A stretch of DNA of 63,988 nucleotides, filler included, from Platydemus manokwari (Eukaryota): NCBI GenBank assembly GCA_037951405.1. It is 6 parts of 6 records of this genome, joined end to end, with 100 filler letters (N's around TTAATTAATTAA, not from the genome) between each part and the next. Parts side by side here need not be neighbours in the genome. Positions count along the whole stretch, not along the records: positions 1 to 8,829 come from JBBMOY011342871.1; positions 8,930 to 19,612 come from JBBMOY011113442.1; 4 more parts are not named here. One strand, given 5' to 3'. How positions within the stretch are numbered: position 1 is the first letter of the stretch; the number at the start of each line of letters is the position of its first letter. The notes under the pieces are model-generated. The model had not been told where the DNA came from. It did no database searches and saw only the letters and a program-made list of their open reading frames with translations. The position numbers were made by a program, and so were the translations under genes. This document shows positions 1 to 12,558 of this stretch, piece by piece.

Positions 1-315
1 CGACATTATATGCAAGCAATACTCCCAGCGACATCTTTTATCAAATCGAAATTTTAAGGTTATACACCCAATATATGGTGTCTATTTTGTTCAAAAGTTT
101 TACTGAATCTTTCAAATGACAGGCATTTCTTTAACCAAGATATTGAAGAAAGAAAATATTGAAAAACCAATCATCTAAACCTCTACTTATAATATTAGCA
201 CTTAATAACTCATAAAAACTATATTATATTTCATATACTTATAATATATTATAATATATTTTTGTAACAAAAATAAAATTTCTTATTAGCTATTATAAAA
301 AAGCTTATTCTTCAC

Positions 316-3300
316 CTGAAAAACTCCCATTGTATTGACTACTGCTTTTTTCACTTCTGGTGTACAAACAATATCAAATGTCGATAAGAAATAGTTCGAA
401 ACAGCAATCAGCGCATCTTTAGGCCATCTTTGAAACCAATCGATAGTACAACCAGAAATCAAACCCGGAAATCTCAATGATCGATTGCGAAATTTTTCAC
501 CTACCGGAGAGAAACACAAAACGACATGTAGATTTTTCAAAACTCGACTAATGTAATATTCTTGTAAATTTTCATTCGATGGTGGTCGACGAGGGTGCTC
601 TTTTTTCATGACACCGATAAGTTCTTGTAGAATTTCATCCATTTCATCTCGAGCAAAGAGATTTGCGATTTCTCCAGAACTGAGCATGTTGTTTAAGAAT
701 TCCAGGAAACTTTCATCTTTAATCTCGTTATCAGTAAACAAAAAAGTCATTCCCTTTCCATATTGACCAGCATTGCGATAAAGTAGTTTAAGATCTTCCA
801 TAAGATTGGAAATGTTGTATGATCTATGAAGATAATAAAATAATTGTTTATATTTACAATAATATAATATTATGAAACCATAATTATTGTAATGATATTT
901 ATGATTCCATTATTGAAACATTGACAATCTCTTTAGGTATTTTCTACTTGTCATCATTATATCTACTACTCGCTTTTTATATTCACGTACTACAAAATTC
1001 GAAACCTGTGTTAATTGCATTCTTACCGGTTATCTATATATCTCTTATGGATAATGTCAAATTTTTTAATTATTTTTTAATAGAAGCATAAAATCATATT
1101 AAATAAAGACGAGGTCAAAATATTTTGAGTTTGAGTTGATTTGAAAATAATGATCAAAACATGGACCTTAGATGAAAACTAAAAATCGAAAACCATTACT
1201 AGACTTCATTTTATAACAAGAAATTTTTATACAAATGAAGAAAAATAGCCACTATTCAATTTGAAATAGAAAATAAGATAAAATAAGTTAAAATAAATTT
1301 AGAAAGTATGTGGAATTTGATATATATTTTCAAACTTTGAGAATCTCTTCGAATAGAATAAAGCTTGAAATTATCGCTTGAAATCAATGAATCAATTATT
1401 CTTGTAATGAAACATCTCTTCCGATTATGTTGCTATGAAACTATTTTAATGTTTTAGTTTCATTATCAAAAATATTTATGAAACATGGAATCAGTTCGGA
1501 ATCTTCACAAAAAATTCGCAATATGAAATGGAAAGTGAAAACTCCAAATATGTTCTTAATTGTATTCTAAAATTAGAAACATATAGATGGTATGAAGAAA
1601 CAAATTTAAAATAAATATTTAATTATTGTTCACATCAACATCTGTTTGACCAAGATTCTATTTAAAATTGTATTTAATCATTTCATTTGAAAATATAATA
1701 ACATACATGTTATTGTCTTTTAAAGCTCAAAATATAATTGGCTTTCAGATAAAAATTATTTAATTTCTTTGTAATAATTTTATGAAATTTAATTTTGTTT
1801 GAAATGCTAGTTTAGAGATTATTTTAAAATGTTTAGAATTTTTAGATTTTGCCCGTTAAATTTTCTCAGTTTTTATAATTAAATATTTTAATTTAGGTTA
1901 ATAAAGAACGAAGGCAATCAAGTACGACATAAAGAAATTGAAATTATTGAACTTCTAAAATTTTAAATGTTTACATCTACAAAAGTTAATAAGTTCGTAA
2001 CTTTACAAATCAATGTCTGAATGGATCGTTGTATTTTGTCTAAATTTAATCCAAATTGAATAAATAGTTTATGTTCTTTCATTGTTGATTTGCACTTTGA
2101 ATTCAAATTTTGTTTTCGAATTAATTTTGATGTTAATTTTGTTTTTGGCAAGTTGTAATTGATGCTTTATATATTGTCTTTTGTCGGGAATATTTTTATT
2201 GTAGTTTTTAATTGGCTTAATTTTTGTAAATAAATATTATTTTTAAGATTTGAAAAATGCGTGCTAAGAATGAAAGATGATTTGTTAACCAGTATATTGC
2301 CAACATTAAAAGGAATTTAACCAAGTTATAATATCAACTAGAATTTCAGGATTTTTTTTATTACTTTCGAGCTATGTTAATAAGAAGAATATATAATACG
2401 TTGACGGACACTTGGGTATATAACCGTCAATATCGATTTTCATTTGTTCCAATGTGTTGACTGTGTTACTGCTTTGACAAATTTTCCAAAATGTTTTATA
2501 AGTTTATCTTGATTCTTATAAGATATTATTATCAAGATATTAAAGATAATATTATCAAATTATATTAAATTGTTGTGATTTTACTTGTGAATTTGTAAAA
2601 TGTGCATTCTAAGCAAGTTCTAACTTCCCATCATTATAAGTATGTTTCTCCAATATTCATATTAAATACACTTAAACTGCAACGATTTTAATAAGAAGCA
2701 AATTTGAATGCATTCTAACCTCGTCAGAGTTATTTGAAACGTTTCATATCCAGAAATAAAAGAGGCCAATCTTGTCAAACTTTGCTTTCCTGAACCTCCT
2801 ACACCAACCAATAATGCATGTCCTTTTGTTGTTCTAATAACTCGAGATATTTTCACGAGATGAGTCATTGCATCTTTGAAGAACACCAAATCCAATTTGC
2901 CTCCACGTACGGCTTCGTTATAAGATGTCATATATTGAACGAGTCTTTCTGACAATTGTTCATAGCTTTCTATCGGTTCGTAAATTTTTGGTGCCTCCAG
3001 ATCGGTATCTTCATTTTCTTCACCGGTAGCTTCTGGAGCATCTCTCAAGAAATCAACAAAATAAGGTTCCGCTTCCATTTTCGCCATCAAATCAGCTCCA
3101 CACTCTTCTTCACCTAAAATGGATAAAAAATAATATTTACTGTATTTTATGCTAACGTGTTTATTTTTATGCTCACCTGTAACTTTCAGTGCTTTCTCAA
3201 ACCAATCCTTATCGGATTGTTCGGTGAATCTATCAGTAATAACACGCAAACATTCATGTTTCCACAGTGAAACCAATTTAGCACCACTATTGATTACATC

Positions 3301-6300
3301 ACTGATAACAATAAGCATTCCTTGCCATATCCTGCTGAGATCTCTTAAATTAAATACGTAGTGAAATTTGGCCGGAGTAGGAAGCATTTTGACTTTTGTT
3401 TTTTGCCATAACTTTCTCGTAGCGGCTACTAGACGATCCGCTGTTTGTAGCACCTCAGATTTAAAACCTCTTTCATCACAAAAATATCCACAACCAAGAA
3501 TTCGAAATATTTTATCAATCGAAGCATTACTGGGTAAAGTGCAATTGAAAATACTGAATTGTCGTTTCAAACGTTGCGGTATGTCATTGCGACCACCACC
3601 TGGATGAATCATGGCAGCAATCATTTGAATGTCAATTATTGTGGTGAAATCTCCAGGCTTTTCGAGATTGTAAACTCCAGTCATTTCCATCATTTGCCTA
3701 ACAATTTCATTTGTGATTTGATCTCCCCATTCATTGATAATAGGCATATTGATGTCATCAATAAATATCGTCATCTTTCTTCCTCCTGGTGGTCCAAAAG
3801 TCGTTCCCATTCTCTTGTCAACATAACTTTCAATAGTTCTTTGAAACATATTTGGTGTAGTTGCACTGGAAAAGTTAAGAGATTTGAACATTTGTTCTTC
3901 AGGATTATATTTTCCGCAATATCCTTTAACTATCACCGTTTTGGCTGTACCCTAACATTATAGAAATCATTACAGAAATGTTGATTAAAACAAAATATTG
4001 TTAATTATAAGCTATATTTATCAAAGAAAATGTTACCTGTTCTCCAATTAGCAGTACTGCTTTATTTTGTTTTGCTATCGTATTTATAAGGAAATCTGTT
4101 CTGGTATTATCAACATTTGGTACAAGGATGCTTATATATTCAGGTACGTGATCAGTAGGATAAATATATTCTGGTACACGAGTACTCCAATGTTCCCATT
4201 CCCCAGAATCATTAACAACATATTCAAAAATTGTGTCATCATTGTTACAACTTGGAAGAGGAAGATTCTTTTTGCTGACCATGAATTCTTGTAATTTCAA
4301 ACGATCATCAAGCTCTAACAATGCACCAAGAGACCACATGATGGAAAACATGATTAATCTTTCCAAATGATTTGTTCCGATTTCTTTGATATCCGTTCCT
4401 TGTATAAGGCCTTGAAGTAAATCTATAGCTTGACGAATATAATTGCATTCAAGCGTGACCATTTTTGGTAGTAATGTTTGTGTAACATGTCTGTACGCTT
4501 CACCAAATATCAAACTAAAGGTGTTGAAAATTGCATTCGAAATGGATTCTGTTGTTTCGAGAATTATAAGCCAACTTTTGAGAATTGGTCGCCAATCAAG
4601 AATAGAACTACTCATGTAAACCATACCGTTTCTGGATACAGTAGCTGGAGAAGCATTATCTATGTTGTGTACTTCAAAAATAATTTTCGTATTGGGTGCC
4701 ATAGGTATTCGATCACCATTAGCCAGAGTTAAAGTTTTGTTATCATCAAGGACGGAATTCAAATTTTCTATCCAAATAGCATCAACGGGCCCATCTAAAA
4801 TCAACCAAACATGCTCGCCTTTCTTTACTTTATGGGTTCTTCGCCAAAGAGTTGAAAATATTCCGTCGGTCCAATCATTTGTTGCAACATCAAGTCTGCC
4901 AAACATTTGCGGAGCAGTAATAGCTTTCGGGTTCATTCGCATTTCTTTATGTGGTTCTCCACAATCTGTCATTGCTTTCATGAGAACATTAATACACTTT
5001 GTTTTCCCAGCTCCTGATGGACCAAGAGTCATCATTCCATGACGAACTCTTTGAGTTTCAAATAATTGTATCAATTTTAGTCTCCAAGGATCGTGATTGA
5101 TGAGTTTTCCTTCTTCAATTTGCTTATCAATAGCAGCTCCAATTTCTGGGTATGTTGCTGTGCTAACTTTCATTTCTGAAACAAAATTAGAAGATTAAAT
5201 ATTTTATTTTGGAATTTTAAACAAAACATATGATGATATCGAGAATATACATTTTGTTCGTATTATCTAATAAGTAACACAATCTTGGTTTCAGAAATAT
5301 TGTTAACTTTTTGAGGCATTCTTATCAATAAGGTATTCGATAACAACATGTAACACATCGACAAACCGGTTTTATACTTGTTCAGTCATCAGTATTATAA
5401 TTAACATCTAAATCATCAGGTCTCTTATTAATCACATTCTAATGATGAGGTACAAATCACTGCACAGTAAAACCCTTTCATAATTTAAGTAATAACTACT
5501 GTTGGTTGTTTTATTATTTAAAATAGAATGGAATTTAAGCTCACATAAAAGGCATCAAAATAAAATTTAAATAAAAATTACAACCTGGAAACAAATCTTC
5601 AATCAGAGACAAGAAAAGAGCTTCATCTTCATCCACCAATTTACTCAAATTCATATCTCGCAATATTCTCATCACAATTAGTGGTTCACTATCGTTGGGA
5701 TTTTCTCTTTTAAATGCTCCAAGAGTTCTCAAAACCGATAAGATATTTCTCAAACCGAAATCATAGTGAACTTGTTTCGACAATTGTTCCTCGCATAATT
5801 TATATAAGGTGTAAAATTTTTTTGATAACATAGTATTCTGAAGGAAACCACAACTAGCTAATTTTACACGCATTATAATAGCTCGGTCTGGAACCATCAT
5901 AGCCACAGTTCGAAAGTTAATCTTTAGATTTTCTGGTAATTCTTGACGACCCGCATAGCCGGGATTCTAATCGAACGTTATTAATTTGATTTACCAAACA
6001 TTAGCGAAACAACTAACCATTGTGAGAAATATGCCGAATTCCGGATCCATATCAACAACATCACCGTCTGTGAAAACGAATTGAGGTTTTCTTTCTTTTT
6101 TGCAAGTAAGTACGACGCTGATTTGTTGTGCTGCCACAGATAATACAGGCAATTCAATTCGATTGAATTCATCGAAGCATCCCCACGATCCTGACTGAGC
6201 TAATCCTTTATAAATTCTTCCAAGACCACGATAATCCATTTGATCAGAGCAATTGAATACAACAACAAATTTTCCTAAACATCGACCCATATCCTTTGTA

Positions 6301-8264
6301 GTTTCTGTCTTACCGGTTCCAGCAGGTCCTGCCGGGGCTCCTCCTAATGACATACCTAATGCTTGTGATAATGTTATATAACATCTATAATATAAAAATC
6401 AGTCTAACAAATTTTATTACAACATACTAAATTACCGATCAGTGAGAGGTGTGATTACAAGTCTGTCTGTGCAACCCAAAAATTCGTTTTGATAACTAAA
6501 ATTCACATCAGTAATGCTAACAATGCATTGATCGGTATCTTCGATGAAGTAGAATCTAGATTGTTTGAGCCATTCAAAATCTTTCGGTGTGTTTATTTTC
6601 AAGGTGACCTTTGTTAAATTTATTATATTAATTTGATCGCAGTATAAAAGACAATTTTATAAATATACCATTCTACTAGAATTAAATAACATGAAAGAAC
6701 TAACTAAATCATCAAAAATATCTCGTTGATGGACATGAATCGTGATCAATGTTTCGAATTTCGTTCTTTCAATTTTCGTAAGATTTTGTGTTGTTACAGC
6801 AATCAACTCGTTTAGAATGTCGAGGAACTTTTGATTGGTTTGTTGCATGATTTTCTTTTCCACTTTTGATTGCGTTAAAGCTTCTTCTGAATCGCGAGTC
6901 CATAGCATTTGGATACCAAGTAATCCGACTTGCGAAGGGAAAGAATTTTCGAATTCCAACAATTTAAATTGGCTATCATTCAAAGTTATTGAAGCCGTTC
7001 TAATAACAGAATGGAGAGATTTTCGTGACATTTTCAGAAGATCTCCGAGCCATATTTCGACATTGCCCTAGTACATAGATCAAGATAAATAGAATAAACA
7101 TAAACCAATAATCTATAAAAGAAACCATTGAATTATATTTATCTAACCTGTGCTAAAACTGGATCATCTAATTGGACAGTTTCATTTTCTTGAGAATTGA
7201 TTGCCAGAATTTTATCATAATTTTTCTCATCAAAAGTTACATATTTTGTGTTGTCGAAAACGCTTAGCAAGTGAGCTTGAATGGTATGAGAATCTGAAGC
7301 TTGGCCGAGAATTTCCAACAGTGCCGGATCGGAAACAAAGAAAAATCTCGGAAATACCAATCGTTTCTTTTCCAAATAACCCGTTAGCGATTTTTGACAA
7401 AGTTCTAATTGTTCGAGAAGATGAGGTAGTAATTGAGATAGAGTGTCATCGCCCATTGAACACTGTACAACATTCGGTATTTCATGTGCTCTTTGCATGA
7501 TCTTTTGCCAACTCTTATCAATGTTAACAAATCTCTTTGCTTCCTGTATAATAAAACGTTGTAATGATTTATTTTGTTTTCAAAAAACAATCTATGGTTC
7601 CATAATATTAAACAACAAACCTGAGGTAGTTGCTTAGCTATATCACCTCCAACAAAGACTGCTTCCAAATAAATCCACAAGTTTTGAACCAGAAGCCAAT
7701 TTTCAATAATTTCTGTTGTTCCCGTTAATTTTTGTACCCATTCTTGAATCTTAGGCTTAAACGGTGCATTATAACGATTGCTCATCAGAGCTCCAAGCAC
7801 CATCAAACTATCTTCCATTAAACTAACTACTTCGCCTGTCGAATCACCTTTCAAGAGCAATTCTCCTCTCGACTTGAATGGAGAGAAGGAGAAATTCTGT
7901 GCTGACCAATCATTGATAACTGTTTTCAGTTTTGCTTCAATATCCTTTTCTTTAACGGCAGAAATACAAATATCCTAAATAATATATTAATCATCATTAT
8001 TAGAATGTAAGCCACAGGTTCACTTCAATCTCCTCTTTGTTCACAAGTAAAGGAGCTTCCATAAGATTTCGCAAAAGAAAGTTATCGGATTCAATTTCAA
8101 ATTTATGCCCAGTGACATTTTCAATACGTTCCCAATGGCGAGTCATCATGGAGTTATTTGACATTTGTTCCAAAAGCGGACAAGTCTCATTGAAATCATC
8201 GATCGTTTTGCGAAGATCATCATATGCTTGCCATTCTTTGAGAGCTTTCGGTAATTTACGGCAT
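316..8264 (-). CDS. DNAH5: Axonemal outer-arm dynein heavy chain, DNAH5/DNAH8 type (partial: linker through AAA4; 11 exons)
   Basis: Exons in transcription order, all GT-AG and phase-consistent: 8264-8024, 7974-7621, 7543-7148, 7067-6705, 6608-6436, 6384-6018, 5966-5585, 5175-4037, 3951-3177, 3113-2720, 823-316 (about 1,700 codons). P-loops: AAA1 [11 protein letters not shown]2 [11 protein letters not shown]3 GEQ|GTAKT, AAA4 GVGGSGKQ. Also [31 protein letters not shown] and [17 protein letters not shown] points to the DNAH5/8 class; DNAH5 versus DNAH8 cannot be resolved. The gene continues past position 1, and the N-terminal tail exons are not seen. Confidence 0.95.
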
Positions 8265-8829
8265 CTGTCATGTTAAGAATGTATTCAGTGAATAAAACAA
8301 TTTGTTTAAATCGTGACTTGTGTCATTACTGTTGTTTTTAAAACTCAATGGTTTTTAAAATTATTCTTTATTTAAGATAATGAGCTATTTATAACATATA
8401 AATGAAATATTGATTTCTTCATTTGCCTTGATTGACCTTTTAGTTTATCAAACTCCGAAATTACGAATTGAAAATATATATACTTTAATAATATAATCGG
8501 ATTTCTAAACTTATTTCTTGTATTATGTTTTATCAGAATTTTCGTAGTATAATTTGAATAACCTTTAAAGAAAGTTAACAGTTAATTTCAAAATATGAAA
8601 ATAGATGTCTGTTTAAAAATTAGATTGATAAAACGAAAATGCCTATCAAGAAAAATTTAATATTTGAGAAAAGTCAATTTTATTTGTTATCACATTTTAG
8701 AAGCACAAGTCTTCTAATAGACATAGTTATTGGGAATCAAACATTTTGAAATCGTAAATATACTTCTAATTAGTCTATTATTGATTTTATTTGGTATTAA
8801 AAATTAAAAATAAAATAAAATAATAGATT

Positions 8830-8929
8830 NNNNNNNNNNNNNNNNNNNNNNNNNNNNNNNNNNNNNNNNNNNNTTAATTAATTAANNNNNNNNNNNNNNN
8901 NNNNNNNNNNNNNNNNNNNNNNNNNNNNN
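8830..8929. other. Artificial contig-joining spacer N44-TTAATTAATTAA-N44
   Basis: Identical 100-bp spacer occurs five times in the window; TTAATTAATTAA gives stop codons in all six frames. Confidence 0.95.
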
Positions 8930-11892
8930 TAAGTGTCAGAGGTAAACTTGTGTAATTGTGATAAATAGATTATTTATAATTGTTTGTCATTTTTTTATAT
9001 CCAACACATAAATTATTAATTATATTATTATTATTATTAATATATCCACTTTAATTCACCGCAATCTCATGAATTATTTAATTCCACATAATAATTGGTA
9101 CATTTACGAATGTATCAAAATGTATTCGGTCGATGTTTCTAAAAATACATTGTTACTTTTTATTGTAACAAACTTTATCCCTCAACCGTGAACCAGAAAA
9201 AGGTTACATTATTTGACTACATTGTCAATTAAAACCTGCTTAATTACAACTATTATCAATATTATAAACATTAAAACTACATTTATAAAAACTTTGCTTG
9301 GTTTTACGCTATACATTCATATAAATTACTACTAATGAAACGTTATAAATTATTACAGATTGTTAATTACAGTATTGTTAATTCAGACAAAATATTGTTA
9401 AATGTTCATTGTTATTTGTTATTTTCAGCTTGTTTGGCCCAATCCCCAACAATATTACGAAAAAAGTTATCCTTTAACTAAGGAAAATATCAACTAAGAG
9501 CTTAATAATTACCTTTATTTATCGAAATTAAATTCCAAGACTTCATACATTTTTTAATTTTAAATTTGTTAACATCTATTTTAAGATTATTTTTTTCTAA
9601 AACAAAACTTATTAAAAACAGTTTTAATTGAAGTGGTTAGTTTGATTTTAAAAATAAACGAGGATGAAGTCACGAGTCGGTGTCATTATCAAATAAACCT
9701 GAATTTAAATAATATTCTAAACTTTTCCAAGTTTTCAAAAATCGTAACTGAATTTTTACATGAATACCAAAATCCGGCATATGTATAAGATTAAATCAGA
9801 TTTCTATGACAGAATTTTCTATCTAATTTTTAGCAACTCATTAGAAGTCTTATAAATCTATCGGATTGCAAAACATAGCTCTTCATAATTTTGCTATATT
9901 TTCACTATCTATTGTATGGAGATATTCGACTCTATTACTAACCTTTCATAATTTGCATATGATGTTTGCTAATCAGTAAAATATATGCCGAAACTGAATT
10001 AATAGACTAACATAATTAAATGGTAATGCTATGAACAAAATTACGAATCAGTAAATTACGCGAATTCGTTCATATAAATATAATAAATAATTCAGTAGAC
10101 ATTTTAAAATTAATTGATTATTTTACATTGCAGTATTATTGTAAAATAATTATTTTATTGCCTTTTTATTTTTGTAATGTTTGATAAAATTCATAAGAAG
10201 AGAAGTTGAAAAAATACATGATATAATTTATTGGCATTAAAACAATTATCCATTTCAACAGAAGACAAATAAGACCTGTTGTCGAATAAAGAGATTCCTA
10301 CTGAAATCGGATTTTATTTGCATTTTTGGAATTTTTTAATTACATAAAATTCTTATGATTGAAATTTTTTATCCTAATTTTGACTAAAGTTTAGATAAGA
10401 GATCCTAAAATAAAATTTGTAATTTGCAGAGTGTACTGCAAAAATCTATATAGTTTATTTTATAATTATTTCAAAACATTTTGAATTTTTTATTTAAGAA
10501 CTTAAAAATAATTTTAATTGTTTGAAATCAAATATTACACTGGTGCTTTATAATTCACTAATTAATTTATTATTTGAAATGTAATTATTTAAAATTAGCG
10601 ACAACCGTTTTTAACGTCAGAACGATATATCCAAGATTTTAGAGTTATTTTATAAATAGAGTCTAGATCCTTTTCGATATTCTGAATATAATTTATTTGT
10701 GCTACACGACGTCCACACAAAAGGTGTATAAGTAAATGACTAATTAGTAAGCATACTAACAATCACAAAGTAATAATAATTTTTATCAAAATGTAACTAA
10801 ATATTTAAAATTAATTATTAAAGTACAAAATTTGTAGTACCTACTCCTATGAAGAAATAGCGCTGCATAGAAAATAATTGGAGGCCGAAATATCGCTACG
10901 GAAATAGATTGGGTCTAATTTTGAGGGTAACATATAAATCCAAATATCGAAGACCTGGCATTTGAGTTGTTGGATGACAGGGGAGCAATTGCTTATTATT
11001 TCTAGTCCGCAACTGAAGTGCATCAACCTTAGAATCAATAATCACTAGGTAAACAGAAATTATATATTTAAAATGATACATTTTATTCAATTGTAGGTGA
11101 GTGAAACCAATATCCATGTTTTATATACATATTGTCCAAGATGTATTTTTCTTTTTATCTAAAATTGAATTTAATGTAAAAGTTTCATTAAAATATTATT
11201 ATTGAATCAAAGGACCCTTTTACTTGACTTAAGCCGAAAATTGTATTAATTCGGTTATTTTTATCATTGATGTTTTTGGTTCACATTAGATTAGAATTCA
11301 ATTAATGTCAGTCTAATCTAAAATCCATTTATAATTTTCTGGTGATCATTAATAATTTATTTTATTTATTATTTCTAAGAATGTTTAGAATTTCGTTCTT
11401 TAAATTTTTAATATCACTTTAACTATTGTGGTCAAATCTGGTTACGTGGATTAATAGTTAAAGATATTAAGCAATTTTTAAAAATTTTGCATACGATATA
11501 CATTGCTAACTATACTGCTAAAGATAGATTTGACTAATTCTAGCTAAGAACAAAATCCACTCTAACGGATCGTTGCTTGTATTTAAAATATAATTAATTT
11601 GTATTAGCTTACAATTAATTATCATTGGCTTTTAGAAAACTCAATGTCACCTATTTCACGTAGACTAAATATTAACAGAATTTGACTGGAATTATATTAT
11701 AACAAATTAATCTGCTTCTTCAAGATACATAATTAATTATAATTTCAATGAAAAACATTTTAAATCTAAGACTATTATTAATTGGAAATTTAATTACTTA
11801 GTTTATTAAAATTATATTTTTACCCATTTTCAAATTTAATTATAAGAAATGGAAACCAAATAAGCGATTATTTAAGATGATAAGCAATTTAT

Positions 11893-12558
11893 TTAATATT
11901 TATTTAAGAAATTTCCACAAAGTTTTTTTAAATTCTTCAAAAATGATATGTCAAATTCAATTGGTTTAGGAAGGATATCTCCGATTAGCATCCATTTAGT
12001 TTTGAAATCATCAGTTGTCAAAGAATCTGTACTTGGTAATGATGTTCGTTGATTATTGAATTCATAAAAGTCGTTAGTCAGCATTATAATCTCCTTAACA
12101 TGATCGTTTAGTATTTGACAAAATCTAGGCAGAAAATCTAAAATGACGTTGACTGCGATTTTCCTTTCTGAAAGACTGAATGCCGTTGACTCTGCTAGCT
12201 TTGATAATGTTACAAAAAGATATTTACAAACCTCGATAACTTTAACTTTTTTTTGATTGGCATCTATTATCATATCCATTAATAATGGAACTGGTTTCAG
12301 CAGAAAAGTTATTCTTTTGCAAAGCATTTCAGATGACTTGAATGTTTCATTGTTTCGAATTCGAATCATTGAAATAGAAATTTGATTCAACAGAAACAAA
12401 GGTATCCTTGTGTTTCGAGCGTCAATGAGTATGCAACTATCCATCATTGATTTTAAAGTTTCATTACAATTTTCTTTAAGCACACGTTCTACATTGAATG
12501 CGTTTAATTTAATGACATAGCGTCGATTAATTATATTGTTTTTAGGATTGGTCATCAT
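11893..12558 (-). CDS. Hypothetical 221-aa protein (intronless ORF, no recognised domain)
   Basis: A 666-bp open frame is unlikely by chance in DNA this AT-rich. Composition looks globular/helical, and an AATAAA overlaps the stop codon. Confidence 0.6.
   Translation of the reverse strand: MMTNPKNNIINRRYVIKLNAFNVERVLKENCNETLKSMMDSCILIDARNTRIPLFLLNQISISMIRIRNNETFKSSEMLCKRITFLLKPVPLLMDMIIDANQKKVKVIEVCKYLFVTLSKLAESTAFSLSERKIAVNVILDFLPRFCQILNDHVKEIIMLTNDFYEFNNQRTSLPSTDSLTTDDFKTKWMLIGDILPKPIEFDISFLKNLKKLCGNFLNKY

Noticed and set aside
3149-8276. Numerous plus-strand ORFs over the dynein locus
   Set aside because: Antisense shadows of dynein exons with no independent coding signal.
8874-8885. TTAATTAATTAA as a biological motif (piggyBac TTAA target or homeodomain site)
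   Set aside because: Always centred between exactly 44 N on each side, so it is an assembly spacer.
10847-11117. GC-enriched patch with short ORFs
   Set aside because: No recognisable motif or clean splice pair; probably a decayed element.
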